Sequence record: DRR378314_541
DNA: 36,412 bases
Strand: one strand, 5' to 3'
Every line of letters starts with the position of its first letter. Position 1 is the first letter of the stretch. This document shows positions 1 to 9,126 of the stretch, in pieces. A program made the translations under genes and the position numbers. Under the pieces are notes generated by a model. That model was not told the origin of the DNA and did no database searches. It saw only the letters and a list, made by a program, of their open reading frames with translations.

Positions 1-33
1 GGCGTGCGCCTTCGACCACTCGGCCACCTCACC
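1..33 (-). tRNA. tRNA-Ser, 5' part only (truncated by window edge; anticodon just outside, probably GGA)
   Basis: Reverse complement reads GGTGAGGTGGCCGAGTGGTCGAAGGCGCACGCC: acceptor 5' strand, D-arm and anticodon-stem 5' strand typical of bacterial tRNA-Ser(GGA). Confidence 0.85.
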
Positions 34-87
34 GTGCTCAGCAGAGGGGAGCCAATAACCGAAGGTCTGCAAGATCGCAAGACTGTG

Positions 88-116
88 ATTGCCGTTCGTG
101 GCAGACAATCCCATAT
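88..116 (+). promoter_or_regulatory. Putative RpoH (sigma-32) promoter of msrA
   Basis: TTG(89-91)-N18-CCCATAT(110-116) resembles the alphaproteobacterial CTTG-N17/18-CCTATAT consensus; RBS GGAGG follows before ATG 142. Confidence 0.45.
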
Positions 117-141
117 GAGCCGCTGAAAGGGAGGCCGTTTC

Positions 142-798
142 ATGTTGTTCTCAAAAAAGCCCGTCGCGATTCCGGATGCCGACAGCGCCCTGCCCGGCCG
201 CGCGCAGCCCATTCCGACCGCCAGCACCCACTACGTTTTTGACCGCGACCTGCAAGGCCCCATCCCGGAAGGGTTCGAAACGGCCATCTTCGGGCTCGGC
301 TGTTTCTGGGGCGCGGAACGCATTTTCTGGCAACAGGATGGCGTCTGGCTGACCCGTGTCGGCTATGCAGGCGGCTTCACGCCAAATCCAACCTATGAAG
401 AAGTCTGTTCCGGGGGCACCGGGCATACCGAAATCGTCGAAGTGATCTTCAACCCGTCCGAAGTCACCTTCGCTGATCTGGTGAAGCTGTTCCTTGAAAG
501 CCACGACCCGACCCAAGGCATGCGGCAGGGCAACGACATCGGCACGCAGTACCGTTCAGCCCTCTACACAACGTCTGACGCGCAAGCCGCGACGGCACAA
601 GAGATGATTGCGGTCTACGAAAAAGCCCTCGCCCAGAATGGCCACGCCAGCCAGATCACGACAGAAGTGGCCCCGGCCGGGCCGGTCTACCTTGCTGAAG
701 ACTATCACCAGCAATACCTCGCCAAGAACCCCAATGGCTATTGCGGCATCGGTGGTACAGGCGTGTCCTGCCCTATCGGGCTCGGCGTCGCCACCTGA
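142..798 (+). CDS. msrA: Peptide-methionine (S)-S-oxide reductase MsrA
   Basis: GCFWG active site, [35 protein letters not shown] and C-terminal resolving cysteines. Confidence 0.97.
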   Translation: MLFSKKPVAIPDADSALPGRAQPIPTASTHYVFDRDLQGPIPEGFETAIFGLGCFWGAERIFWQQDGVWLTRVGYAGGFTPNPTYEEVCSGGTGHTEIVEVIFNPSEVTFADLVKLFLESHDPTQGMRQGNDIGTQYRSALYTTSDAQAATAQEMIAVYEKALAQNGHASQITTEVAPAGPVYLAEDYHQQYLAKNPNGYCGIGGTGVSCPIGLGVAT

Positions 799-813
799 TT
801 GGCGGGGGCGCCC

Positions 814-1881
814 CTAGGCCCCGAAGTTTACCGCAAAGCGCTTGCGCGTCTCGATCAGGTTCTGAGCCTTGTACATGGCGTCAGACGCGGCCTGCGCGCG
901 CTTGATGGTCGGGTCAGCCTGAAGTGCCTCGATCACCTTTGATAGGTGACCAATCGCGGCTTCGACAGTCTTCCGATCAAACTGCTTCGTCGCTTTGGCC
1001 AACAAGGCACGCCCCAGATCCATGTGCGCCTGTACTGCCCGTGAGGCGTCTTGATCGTTCTTGATGTCGTCGAGATGGATCCGACGCAGCATGATAACCT
1101 GTTCCAGTGCCTCGATGTCCCCTGACTGTTCGGCGATATGCACAAGAGACGCGCAGAAATCCGCCTCAATCCGGCTGCGCAGCGGCAGGGGCAGCGTCGG
1201 GGTGTCCTCCAGAATATCAGAAAGCGCGTTGGACAGCGTTTTCATCTTTTCCGGTCGGAATGATTGTGGGTTCGCCAGCGCTGGCTGCAGCTCGCGGGCG
1301 AGGAAATAGGCTGCCACGCGCTGCATCTGCCCCTCCAGATCGGACATGCGGCCCGGCAATGTCAGCGTAAAGAGGCGCGCCTCAGTCGGCGTCAGACCTC
1401 CGCCGCGGCTAAGGCCGTGCACGACGAAACCATCTTCCTTTCGGCCGGTCCGGTCCGCCCAGACCAGCATGTCGGCGTCCGCCGTCTGCAAACGGCGGCG
1501 AGCGCGCTGCACCGCGCGGGTCTCAACACCGCCGCGAATGCTGCCTGTGCGGAAAACTTTCAATGGCGCGCCAAAACTGAACTCCGGCACGTAAGACTCA
1601 AGAGACGACAACAGCCACTTCCAGGCACGGCCTGCGCGCTGACCCGTCGGGCGCGCCACAAGAATTCGATAGCCCGGAGATTTGTCGTTGCGCGCGGCGC
1701 GTGCACCTGCCTCATTGCGCAATGACTTCAGCAGGGACCGGACAAGGCTGAACGCCACCGCAAGCAATGCCAAAACCAACACACCCAGCATGCCGAACCC
1801 GAACGTGGCGAGCTCTGGCGCGCCAACGACGTTCGCTTCGAACCAGCGCTCAGCGTTTGTGAACCAGTCATTCACGGGCAT
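814..1881 (-). CDS. Hypothetical membrane-anchored protein with TPR-like helical C-terminus
   Basis: ATG 1881 preceded by GGAGG; N-terminal hydrophobic helix (FGFGMLGVLVLALLAVAFSL); helical C-terminal region (AHMDLGRALLA..EAAIGHLSKVIEAL). Confidence 0.75.
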   Translation of the reverse strand: MPVNDWFTNAERWFEANVVGAPELATFGFGMLGVLVLALLAVAFSLVRSLLKSLRNEAGARAARNDKSPGYRILVARPTGQRAGRAWKWLLSSLESYVPEFSFGAPLKVFRTGSIRGGVETRAVQRARRRLQTADADMLVWADRTGRKEDGFVVHGLSRGGGLTPTEARLFTLTLPGRMSDLEGQMQRVAAYFLARELQPALANPQSFRPEKMKTLSNALSDILEDTPTLPLPLRSRIEADFCASLVHIAEQSGDIEALEQVIMLRRIHLDDIKNDQDASRAVQAHMDLGRALLAKATKQFDRKTVEAAIGHLSKVIEALQADPTIKRAQAASDAMYKAQNLIETRKRFAVNFGA

Positions 1882-2008
1882 TCGGGCAGACCTCCGGTAT
1901 ATGTGTGCGATACGAGCCCAACCCCGCACTGGCAACAGGCAAACGCTGTTCAGGCGGCTTCGAGGATGGTTAGATCGTGTTCTGGGCGAGTTGATTTCAG
2001 GGGACCGA

Positions 2009-2863
2009 ATGGGCGCAGAAAGATTTGTAACGCGGTTTGCACCCTCGCCGACCGGCCATCTTCACCTTGGCCACGCCCTGTCGGCTTTTCACGTCTGGGA
2101 CACAGCCCGCAGATATGGTGGCAAAGTGTTGTTGAGGATCGAAGACATCGACCTGACGCGCTGCAAGCCGGAATACGAGGCCTCCATTCTCGAAGACCTG
2201 AACTGGCTGGATCTCGACTGGGACGGCGAAGTACGACGACAGTCGGACCATTTTGCAGAGTATGAAGGCGCGCTGGAATCTCTTCGGTCTCGCGGCCTCG
2301 TCTATCGCTGCTTCAAGACCCGGCGGGAGATTGCAGCCGCCCTGCCTGCAGGCGCGAGCCCCGATATCGCTGGATATACAGGAAAGCCCCTGCCACCTGC
2401 CGAAGAACAGGAGTTGATTGAAAAGGGGCGCGCCTACGCCTGGCGATTGTCCCTCACTGCGGCCCAAGATTGGCTCGGCCCGCGCTACAAGGCGCTCAGC
2501 TACACGACATTCAGCGACACAGGCACGACTGAAGTCGCTGCAGACCCCTCACCTTTTGGCGACGTCGTACTGGCCCGCAAGGACACACCGACCAGCTATC
2601 ACCTTGCCTGCTGTCATGATGACGCGCTTCAAGGCATCACGCATGTCATCCGCGGAGAGGACATTCGGGAGATGACAGCAATACACGCCCTGCTTCAGGC
2701 GCTTATGGACTGGCCCCAGCCTCTCTACCGGTTTCACCCGCTCATTATGGGTCCGGATGACAAGAAATTGTCCAAACGGTCCGGAGACCGGGGATTGCGC
2801 GAATGGCGTGAACACGGCAAGACGCCGCAAGACATTCGCGCCATGACAGGCTTCTCCGCATGA
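2009..2863 (+). CDS. gluQ: tRNA glutamyl-Q(34) synthetase GluQRS
   Basis: TRFAPSPTGHLHLGH (HIGH-like), LRIEDID, GITHVIRGED, KLSKR; 284 aa with no anticodon-binding domain. Confidence 0.92.
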   Translation: MGAERFVTRFAPSPTGHLHLGHALSAFHVWDTARRYGGKVLLRIEDIDLTRCKPEYEASILEDLNWLDLDWDGEVRRQSDHFAEYEGALESLRSRGLVYRCFKTRREIAAALPAGASPDIAGYTGKPLPPAEEQELIEKGRAYAWRLSLTAAQDWLGPRYKALSYTTFSDTGTTEVAADPSPFGDVVLARKDTPTSYHLACCHDDALQGITHVIRGEDIREMTAIHALLQALMDWPQPLYRFHPLIMGPDDKKLSKRSGDRGLREWREHGKTPQDIRAMTGFSA

Positions 2864-3762
2864 CAGACACTCCTATTCCCGCGCCGGCCGCGCGTCACTG
2901 GGTCGGCCCCCTGATGATGCTGTGCGGCGGAATCGCAATTGGTTTCGCGCCGATCGGCTTGCGCCTCGGCCTTGATGATCTTGGGCCTCAAGCGATTGCC
3001 TTTTGGCGATATGTGTTCGCTGCGCCTGTTCTGTTCCTTCTGGTTCTCGGCATCCAGAAACGCCTGCCCAGCAAGCCGAACATGTTCATTGTTATTGGAG
3101 GCACGTGCTTCGCTCTGGATATCGGCCTATGGCACTGGGGCCTCACCCTGACCAGCGTATCGAATGCCACCTTCATCGTGAATCTCGGAAATGTCGGTGT
3201 CGGATTCGCAGCATGGTTTTTCCTGAAGGAGCGCCCAACACCCATCTGGTTCATCGCCGTTATCCTCGCGATGGCGGGCGCTGCCGCGCTTTCTCTCGGC
3301 GCGGCAGGGGGCGGCAGCGGCAACATCCGAGGCGACCTGCTCTCCCTTGCTGCGGCAGTCCTCGTTTCCGGCTACTTGCTGGCGTCCAAACTCGCACGTC
3401 GAACGATGAGTGGCATCGACGCCGTCTTCTGGCTGACCTGCGTGGAAATCATCGTCGCCGGCATGATGGTGATGACCTTCCGGGAAGACTTCCTGCCGGC
3501 GCATATCTCGGGCTTTCTCGCCCCCTTCATTCTGGGGGTCGGGATTCATGTCATCGGACAGGGCCTGATCATCACCGGCCTGGGCATCACACCAACTTCG
3601 GTCGCAGGGGTCCTCATCCTGATCCAGCCTGTCGTCGCTGCCGCTGTCTCATGGCAATTGTTCAATGAACCTCTCACCAGCATTCAGGCCGCTGGCAGCG
3701 CGCTTATCCTGTTTGCTGTGTGGCTTGCGCAAAGCGGGCACAAACCGCAGCCAGTCGACTGA
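2860..3762 (+). CDS. DMT/EamA family transporter
   Basis: About 10 hydrophobic helices in two repeats; FLKERP and LFNEPLT signatures; ATGA overlap with gluQ. Confidence 0.9.
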   Translation: MTDTPIPAPAARHWVGPLMMLCGGIAIGFAPIGLRLGLDDLGPQAIAFWRYVFAAPVLFLLVLGIQKRLPSKPNMFIVIGGTCFALDIGLWHWGLTLTSVSNATFIVNLGNVGVGFAAWFFLKERPTPIWFIAVILAMAGAAALSLGAAGGGSGNIRGDLLSLAAAVLVSGYLLASKLARRTMSGIDAVFWLTCVEIIVAGMMVMTFREDFLPAHISGFLAPFILGVGIHVIGQGLIITGLGITPTSVAGVLILIQPVVAAAVSWQLFNEPLTSIQAAGSALILFAVWLAQSGHKPQPVD

Positions 3763-3828
3763 TCGCAGCATAAATGTCACGAAATGCGTCTAAGGCCGAC
3801 GCAAACCTGTTCTTCCGGAGTCTGCCCC

Positions 3829-5400
3829 ATGCGCCGCACCGCCCTTCCCCTTGTTTCTATCGTCGCTCTGGCAATTGCCGGTTGTTCAGCCTCATCCGAT
3901 AGCGCCGGAACCGACAGCACTTCCACGCCGACAATCACGCGCGAAGCAGCCACCCCAATTCAGTCCGGAGACTCCTACTATCAGTCCGCCGCTGAAGCAG
4001 TGGACGCGCGTATCCAGCAACGCGGTGTCAAACCAGCCAAGAACGTCATTCTGTTTGTTGGCGATGGTATGAGCATTCCGACCATCACGGCTGCGCGCAT
4101 TTATGCCGGTCAGAAGCGCGGGCTTGATGGCGAATCCTATCGACTGACTATGGAAACCCTGCCGTTCATGGCCTTGTCGAAGACTTACAGCCATGATTTC
4201 CAGGTGGCCGATTCCGCCTCTACTGCAACGGCAATGGTGACGGGCGCCAAAACGAATTCCCGTATGCTGGGCGTTCTGCAGGACACACGCTTCAACAATT
4301 GCGCCAGCGTGGAAGGCAATACAACCGACACCCTGTTTGAGCTGGCAGAACGCGCTGGTCTTGCAACCGGACTGGTTTCAACCGCGCGCCTGACCCACGC
4401 GACCCCCGCCTCAACCTTCGCCAAATCGCCAAGCCGCGACTGGGAGAATGATGCGGACCTGAAAGGCGGCGACGCGAGCGCGTGCAAGGACATTGCCCGT
4501 CAATTGATCGAATGGCCGGAAGGCGACGGCTTTGAAGTGGCCATGGCCGGCGGACGCGGAAGCTTCACCACCGTCGATCAGGCCGATGTGGAAAACGCGG
4601 ACTGGTCAGGTAATCGCGAAGATGGCCGGGACCTCACTGCAGAGTGGACGGCCAAGTCCGATGACCACGTGTACATTACCGACAAGGCAGGGTTTGATGC
4701 GCTCGACTTCGCAAGCGACGCCAAAGTGCTTGGCTTGTTTGAACCTTCTCACATGAAGTTTGCGATCGACCGCGCCGATGATCCAGCGGGCGAGCCGTCG
4801 CTCGTCGACCTGACCAAAGCGGCGATCACGCGCCTGTCCCGCAATGATGAAGGCTTTGTGTTGATGGTGGAAGGCGGTCGGATTGATCACGGCCATCATG
4901 GCGTCAGCGCGATCCGGGCCCTGGATGAGACCGATGAAATGGACCAGGCCGTTGCCGCTGCACTCGAGATGACGAATGCGGACGAAACGCTGATCATCGT
5001 GACGGCAGATCACTCTCACACGATGACTATTTCAGGTTACCCAAAACGCGGAAACCCGATCCTCGGCAAGGTCGTCAGTGGGCTCGACAATGCGCCCATG
5101 GATGCGCAAGACGGCAAACCGTATACGACCTTGTCCTACGCCAGCGGGATGACAGCTTGTCGCCTCGTTTCCGGCGAACAGGATTGTGTACGCGAAGACC
5201 TGTCCGACATTGATACGACCGAAAAGAACTTCCAGCAGCCTTCGCTTGTGTTCATGGCGTCTGAAACACATGGCGGCGATGATGTTGCCATCTTCGCGAC
5301 TGGCCCCGGATCGGAACTCGTTTCTGGCGTAATGGAACAGAACGAAATCTTCCATGTCATGGGCCGCGCTTCCGGTCTCGTGTCAGCCCCGACAGAATAG
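3829..5400 (+). CDS. Alkaline phosphatase (PhoA family), probable lipoprotein
   Basis: KNVILFVGDGM, DSASTATA (catalytic Ser), THATPA, EGGRIDHGHH, TADHSH, ETHGGDDV; lipobox LAIAG-C; GGAG before ATG 3829. Confidence 0.95.
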   Translation: MRRTALPLVSIVALAIAGCSASSDSAGTDSTSTPTITREAATPIQSGDSYYQSAAEAVDARIQQRGVKPAKNVILFVGDGMSIPTITAARIYAGQKRGLDGESYRLTMETLPFMALSKTYSHDFQVADSASTATAMVTGAKTNSRMLGVLQDTRFNNCASVEGNTTDTLFELAERAGLATGLVSTARLTHATPASTFAKSPSRDWENDADLKGGDASACKDIARQLIEWPEGDGFEVAMAGGRGSFTTVDQADVENADWSGNREDGRDLTAEWTAKSDDHVYITDKAGFDALDFASDAKVLGLFEPSHMKFAIDRADDPAGEPSLVDLTKAAITRLSRNDEGFVLMVEGGRIDHGHHGVSAIRALDETDEMDQAVAAALEMTNADETLIIVTADHSHTMTISGYPKRGNPILGKVVSGLDNAPMDAQDGKPYTTLSYASGMTACRLVSGEQDCVREDLSDIDTTEKNFQQPSLVFMASETHGGDDVAIFATGPGSELVSGVMEQNEIFHVMGRASGLVSAPTE

Positions 5401-5510
5401 ACTGCCGTCGCGTCGGGCCTGTTCAGGCCGCGCATTCTGGGTGAAACTTCTCCATCGCTGGTCATCTGCGCCAAAAAAGAGCGCTGAGACCGGACAGAGG
5501 AGGAAAACCC

Positions 5511-6611
5511 ATGAAGGCTGCCGTCATGCGCGGTCCCAACGCGCCGCTATCCATCGAGGATGTCACTGTTTCCAAGCCCGGCCCGCGCGAAGTGTTGGTT
5601 AGGTTGAAGGCGGTTGGCGTCTGCCATTCAGACGTACATTTCTGGGATGGCAACTTCCCGGCTGAACTACCGGTCATTCTGGGCCATGAAAGCGCGGGCG
5701 TGGTTGAAGAAGTTGGCTCAATGGTATCTGCGGTGAAGCCGGGCGACCACGTTATCTCGATCCTGTCGCCGTTTTGCGGAACGTGTGAATACTGCCTGAC
5801 GGGGCATATGTCAGTCTGCCATACGGTGAACCGGGATCATTTCCAGCGCCAACCCACCGAAGCGCCGCGCCTGTCCATCAAGGGCGAAAAAGTCGGCCAG
5901 TTCCTGAACCTCTCCTCTTTTGCAGAGCAGATCCTTGTCCACGAAAACGCCCTTTGCGCGGTCGACCCGGAAATGCCGATGGACAAGGCCTGCCTGATTG
6001 GTTGCGGAGTCATCACCGGTGTCGGCTCCGTTTTCCACTCGGCCAAGGTTGAACCCGGATCAACGGTCGCTGTGCTTGGGTGCGGCGGCGTCGGACTTGC
6101 GGCGGTCAACGGCGCAGCCATCGCCGGGGCCAGTCGCATCATCGCGGTCGATCTTTCCGATGAGAAACTCCAGATGGCGGTACGCTTTGGCGCAACGGAC
6201 ACGGTCAATCCCGGCAATGTGAATGCGATCGAAGCCGTCAAGGAGCTGACGAATGGCGGTGTCCATTATTCCTTTGAGTGCGTCGGCCTGAAACAGACGG
6301 CGGAACAGGCCTATCACATGTTGCGTCCGCGCGGCGTGGCCACCGTCATCGGCATGATCACACCCGGCGTGAATATCGAGATTCCGGGGATCGAATTGCT
6401 CGCTACGGAGAAGCGGCTACAAGGTGCCATCATGGGCTCCAACAGGTTCCGTGTGGATTTCCCACGCCTCATTGAGCTTTACAAGCAAGGCAAACTTCAC
6501 CTGGATGATCTGGTCTCGGATCGTATCGGCCTGGAAGGCATTACGGGCGCATTGCAGAATTTGAAAGACAACAAGGGCACTGTCGCCCGACAAGTCGTGG
6601 TGTTCGACTAG
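5511..6611 (+). CDS. Zn-dependent alcohol dehydrogenase (MDR family)
   Basis: GVCHSD, GHESAG, structural Zn motif CGTCEYC..C, GCGGVG Rossmann motif; RBS GAGGAGG. Confidence 0.95.
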   Translation: MKAAVMRGPNAPLSIEDVTVSKPGPREVLVRLKAVGVCHSDVHFWDGNFPAELPVILGHESAGVVEEVGSMVSAVKPGDHVISILSPFCGTCEYCLTGHMSVCHTVNRDHFQRQPTEAPRLSIKGEKVGQFLNLSSFAEQILVHENALCAVDPEMPMDKACLIGCGVITGVGSVFHSAKVEPGSTVAVLGCGGVGLAAVNGAAIAGASRIIAVDLSDEKLQMAVRFGATDTVNPGNVNAIEAVKELTNGGVHYSFECVGLKQTAEQAYHMLRPRGVATVIGMITPGVNIEIPGIELLATEKRLQGAIMGSNRFRVDFPRLIELYKQGKLHLDDLVSDRIGLEGITGALQNLKDNKGTVARQVVVFD

Positions 6612-6623
6612 GGCCCTTCGAGC

Positions 6624-6648
6624 GGAACTTCTAGAGGTTTCCGACATT
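6624..6648 (+). promoter_or_regulatory. Putative sigma-EcfG (sigma-T) promoter
   Basis: GGAAC(6624-6628)-N16-CATT(6645-6648), intergenic, upstream of the 6691 ORF. Confidence 0.7.
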
Positions 6649-6690
6649 TCCTCTCCAGCCAGATACAGTTTTCATAAAAGGCTGGAGAGA

Positions 6691-6942
6691 TTGACCATGC
6701 TGGAAATGCTTGAATGGATTGCCATGGGCACAGGAATCTGTGCCGCCATCATGATCTCAGCAGATCTGGGACGGAAGATCACCGGCACCGCCTTTGTGAT
6801 CTTCGCGGTCTCTTCAACGGCTTGGGTCGCAATCGGCGTTGCAGAAAACGAACCGCCACTGCTCTATCAGAACCTCGTCCTGACCGTGATCAATTGCATC
6901 GGCATCTATCGCTGGCTCATCCTGAAGAAGGAGGCCGGCTAA
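6691..6942 (+). CDS. Small 3-TM membrane protein, hypothetical (start TTG 6691 or ATG 6697)
   Basis: Three hydrophobic helices; RBS GGAGAG 6684-6689; 4-nt convergent overlap with the next gene. Confidence 0.8.
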   Translation: MTMLEMLEWIAMGTGICAAIMISADLGRKITGTAFVIFAVSSTAWVAIGVAENEPPLLYQNLVLTVINCIGIYRWLILKKEAG

Positions 6943-7433
6943 AGACCAAACCGGGAGGGGTTATCCCGGATCAGTGCCTCCAGCTTCGGCAGTCCCTCGC
7001 GTATGCCCTTTGCCAGCTGGCCTGAAACCAGTCCACCGAGCACCAATGGCGCGCTCGCCTTGCCAGCCCAATGCAGCTCGCAGCCGCCGTCGACCTCCAC
7101 GACGCGATAGTCTTCAATTGCCGCCGAGACCGGCAATGTGGACTTGTCAAAATAGAACGCCATGCGCATGCCGTCTTCCCACGCAAAGAAGACTTCTTCA
7201 ACGCGCTGGTCACCAATTTCAACGGTGCGCGTTGTGCCGACGCCGAATGGCGCAGGGCTGGTCCAGATAACTTTCGTGATCGGCAACCATTCCGTCCACG
7301 CATCAGCATCCAGCAACGCAGCCCAGACTGCGCTGGCCGGAAACGGAAACGCGTGCGACGCACGAAGTTTCGGTTTGACCGTGGCGAGATAGTCCTCGCC
7401 CACTGCCTTGTGTTGTTTCAATGCCTTGGCCAT
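6939..7433 (-). CDS. SRPBCC (polyketide cyclase/START-like) family protein
   Basis: PASAVWAALLD..WTEWLP, GVGTTRTV and a C-terminal helix; RBS GGGGAGG. Confidence 0.85.
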   Translation of the reverse strand: MAKALKQHKAVGEDYLATVKPKLRASHAFPFPASAVWAALLDADAWTEWLPITKVIWTSPAPFGVGTTRTVEIGDQRVEEVFFAWEDGMRMAFYFDKSTLPVSAAIEDYRVVEVDGGCELHWAGKASAPLVLGGLVSGQLAKGIREGLPKLEALIRDNPSRFGL

Positions 7434-7495
7434 CAGGCCCTCCCCTGTCGTCCTTTTGTGTAAAGACAGGAGAGAGCGATGTTGCCCTTAAGTCA

Positions 7496-7518
7496 AACCA
7501 TGCCGCGACGGCACGGTT
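7496..7518 (-). terminator. Hairpin downstream of dapD, possible terminator
   Basis: Minus strand AACCGTGCCG-TCG-CGGCATGGTT, a 10-bp stem with one G-U, 14 nt after the dapD stop; U-tail weak. Confidence 0.45.
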
Positions 7519-7532
7519 CAACATACCGAAGG

Positions 7533-8360
7533 CTAGTCCCGCAGCAATTCGTTGACGCCGGTCTTGGAGCGCGTCTGGGCGTCGACGGTCTTCACGATGA
7601 CGGCGCAGGCCAGGCTCGGTCCGCCATTCTTGTCTGGCAACGTGCCTGGAACGACCACGGAGTAAGGCGGCACCTTGCCATAGGTGATCTCGCCGGTCTT
7701 GCGATCCACGATCTTCGTCGACTGGGTGATGAACACGCCCATTGCGATGACCGAGCCTTCCCCAACGACCACGCCCTCAACCACTTCGGAGCGTGCACCG
7801 ATGAAACAATTGTCTTCAATGATGGTCGGATTGGCCTGAAGCGGCTCCAACACACCGCCGATGCCTGTGCCGGCGGAAATGTGGCAGTTCGCCCCGACTT
7901 GGGCGCATGAGCCTACCGAGGCCCATGTGTCGATCATCGTGCCTTCGCCCACATACGCGCCGATATTGACGTAGGATGGCATCAGAACGGCGTTTTTCGC
8001 GATGTAGGCGCCGCGGCGCACGGCGGCAGGCGGCACCGCCCGGAACCCGGCGGCCTCAAATTCAGACGAGCCCCAACCCTGAAACTTCGATGGCACCTTG
8101 TCCCACCAGTTTCCGCCACCCGGCACGCCGGAAATCATGCCATTTGCGTTCAGGCGGAAAGACAGAAGAACAGCCTTCTTCAGCCATTGGTGAACCTGCC
8201 AGGTACCATCACCATTGGGGCTGGCGACGCGCGCTTCACCGGAATCAAGCAGCTCGATTGCCGCTTCGACAGCTTCACGAACTTCGCCCTTGGTCTCGGT
8301 TGTCAGCGTGTCGCGGGTTTCCCACGCCTGTTCAATCGCATTGGCAAGGGCTTCAGTCAT
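7533..8360 (-). CDS. dapD: 2,3,4,5-tetrahydropyridine-2,6-dicarboxylate N-succinyltransferase
   Basis: [35 protein letters not shown] hexapeptide repeats, C-terminal NELLRD. Confidence 0.97.
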   Translation of the reverse strand: MTEALANAIEQAWETRDTLTTETKGEVREAVEAAIELLDSGEARVASPNGDGTWQVHQWLKKAVLLSFRLNANGMISGVPGGGNWWDKVPSKFQGWGSSEFEAAGFRAVPPAAVRRGAYIAKNAVLMPSYVNIGAYVGEGTMIDTWASVGSCAQVGANCHISAGTGIGGVLEPLQANPTIIEDNCFIGARSEVVEGVVVGEGSVIAMGVFITQSTKIVDRKTGEITYGKVPPYSVVVPGTLPDKNGGPSLACAVIVKTVDAQTRSKTGVNELLRD

Positions 8361-9126
8361 CTTGGTCTCCGGGAGAATTGTTCGGCAAAGTTTCAAGCGC
8401 CGCCTCAAGAAAGGCGGCAAGGTCGCCCGTCACATAGTCTATGTGGTCGGGCCCGTCATCCCCCAACAAATCCTGCAGGTTTGCCGGGCGGGCCTCAACC
8501 GGCTCGTGGCTCCAGTCTTTCTCCGAATGCACCAGCACTGTGGTGAACCCCATATCCTTGGCTGGCAGCAGGTTTCGGGCGAGGTCTTCGAAGAAAATTG
8601 CCTTGCCCGGCGCCACATCATGCATTGCGCAGAACCGATTGTAGGAATCCAGATGAGGCTTTGGCATATAGTCCGCATCCTCGATCCCGAAACTGCCATC
8701 GAACAGATCGCCGAGCTGCATCCTGTCCACCACGCGCTCAGCATGGCGGCGAGAGCCGTTCGTATAGACAAACTTGCGCCCTGGCAGCGCGCGGATGGCC
8801 TGCCTCAACGCCGGCAGATCTGGTAGCGGTGAGAGATCGATATCGTGCACATGGTGGAGAAAATCTGCTGGATCGATCTGATGCACCTTCATGAGCCCGG
8901 AAAGTGTCGTACCATAAGTGGCGTAGTATTCTTTCTGGACCTTGCGGGCCTCAACCGGATGCAAATCCAAAGTTCGGGATACAAACTCAGTCATGCGCGT
9001 ATCGATCTCGGCGAACAGGTCGCACTCTGCCGGATAAAGCGTGTTGTCGAGATCAAACACCCAATCGGCGACGTGACCGAACTGGCCAAATGGCGCGAGA
9101 TGAATACCCGCCTTGCTGGAGGTCAT
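8353..9126 (-). CDS. Pyrimidine 5'-nucleotidase (HAD superfamily)
   Basis: [27 protein letters not shown] and [12 protein letters not shown] motifs. Confidence 0.9.
   Translation of the reverse strand: MTSSKAGIHLAPFGQFGHVADWVFDLDNTLYPAECDLFAEIDTRMTEFVSRTLDLHPVEARKVQKEYYATYGTTLSGLMKVHQIDPADFLHHVHDIDLSPLPDLPALRQAIRALPGRKFVYTNGSRRHAERVVDRMQLGDLFDGSFGIEDADYMPKPHLDSYNRFCAMHDVAPGKAIFFEDLARNLLPAKDMGFTTVLVHSEKDWSHEPVEARPANLQDLLGDDGPDHIDYVTGDLAAFLEAALETLPNNSPGDQDD

Noticed and set aside
1-141. tRNA-associated genomic island
   Set aside because: The tRNA 3' end, the usual attB site, lies outside the window, and the adjacent genes here are core.
1682-2008. N-terminal extensions in the ORF track (gluQ; also rluA 21261, argG 33689, dapD 8420)
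   Set aside because: They overlap neighbouring genes or promoters; family homology and plausible starts begin downstream.
3763-3795. Pho box upstream of the alkaline phosphatase
   Set aside because: Only one good half-site (ATGTCAC, 3774-3780), with no convincing partner at 11-bp spacing.
5442-5467. ECF promoter before the alcohol dehydrogenase
   Set aside because: GAAAC-N15-CATC mismatches both elements and the spacing.
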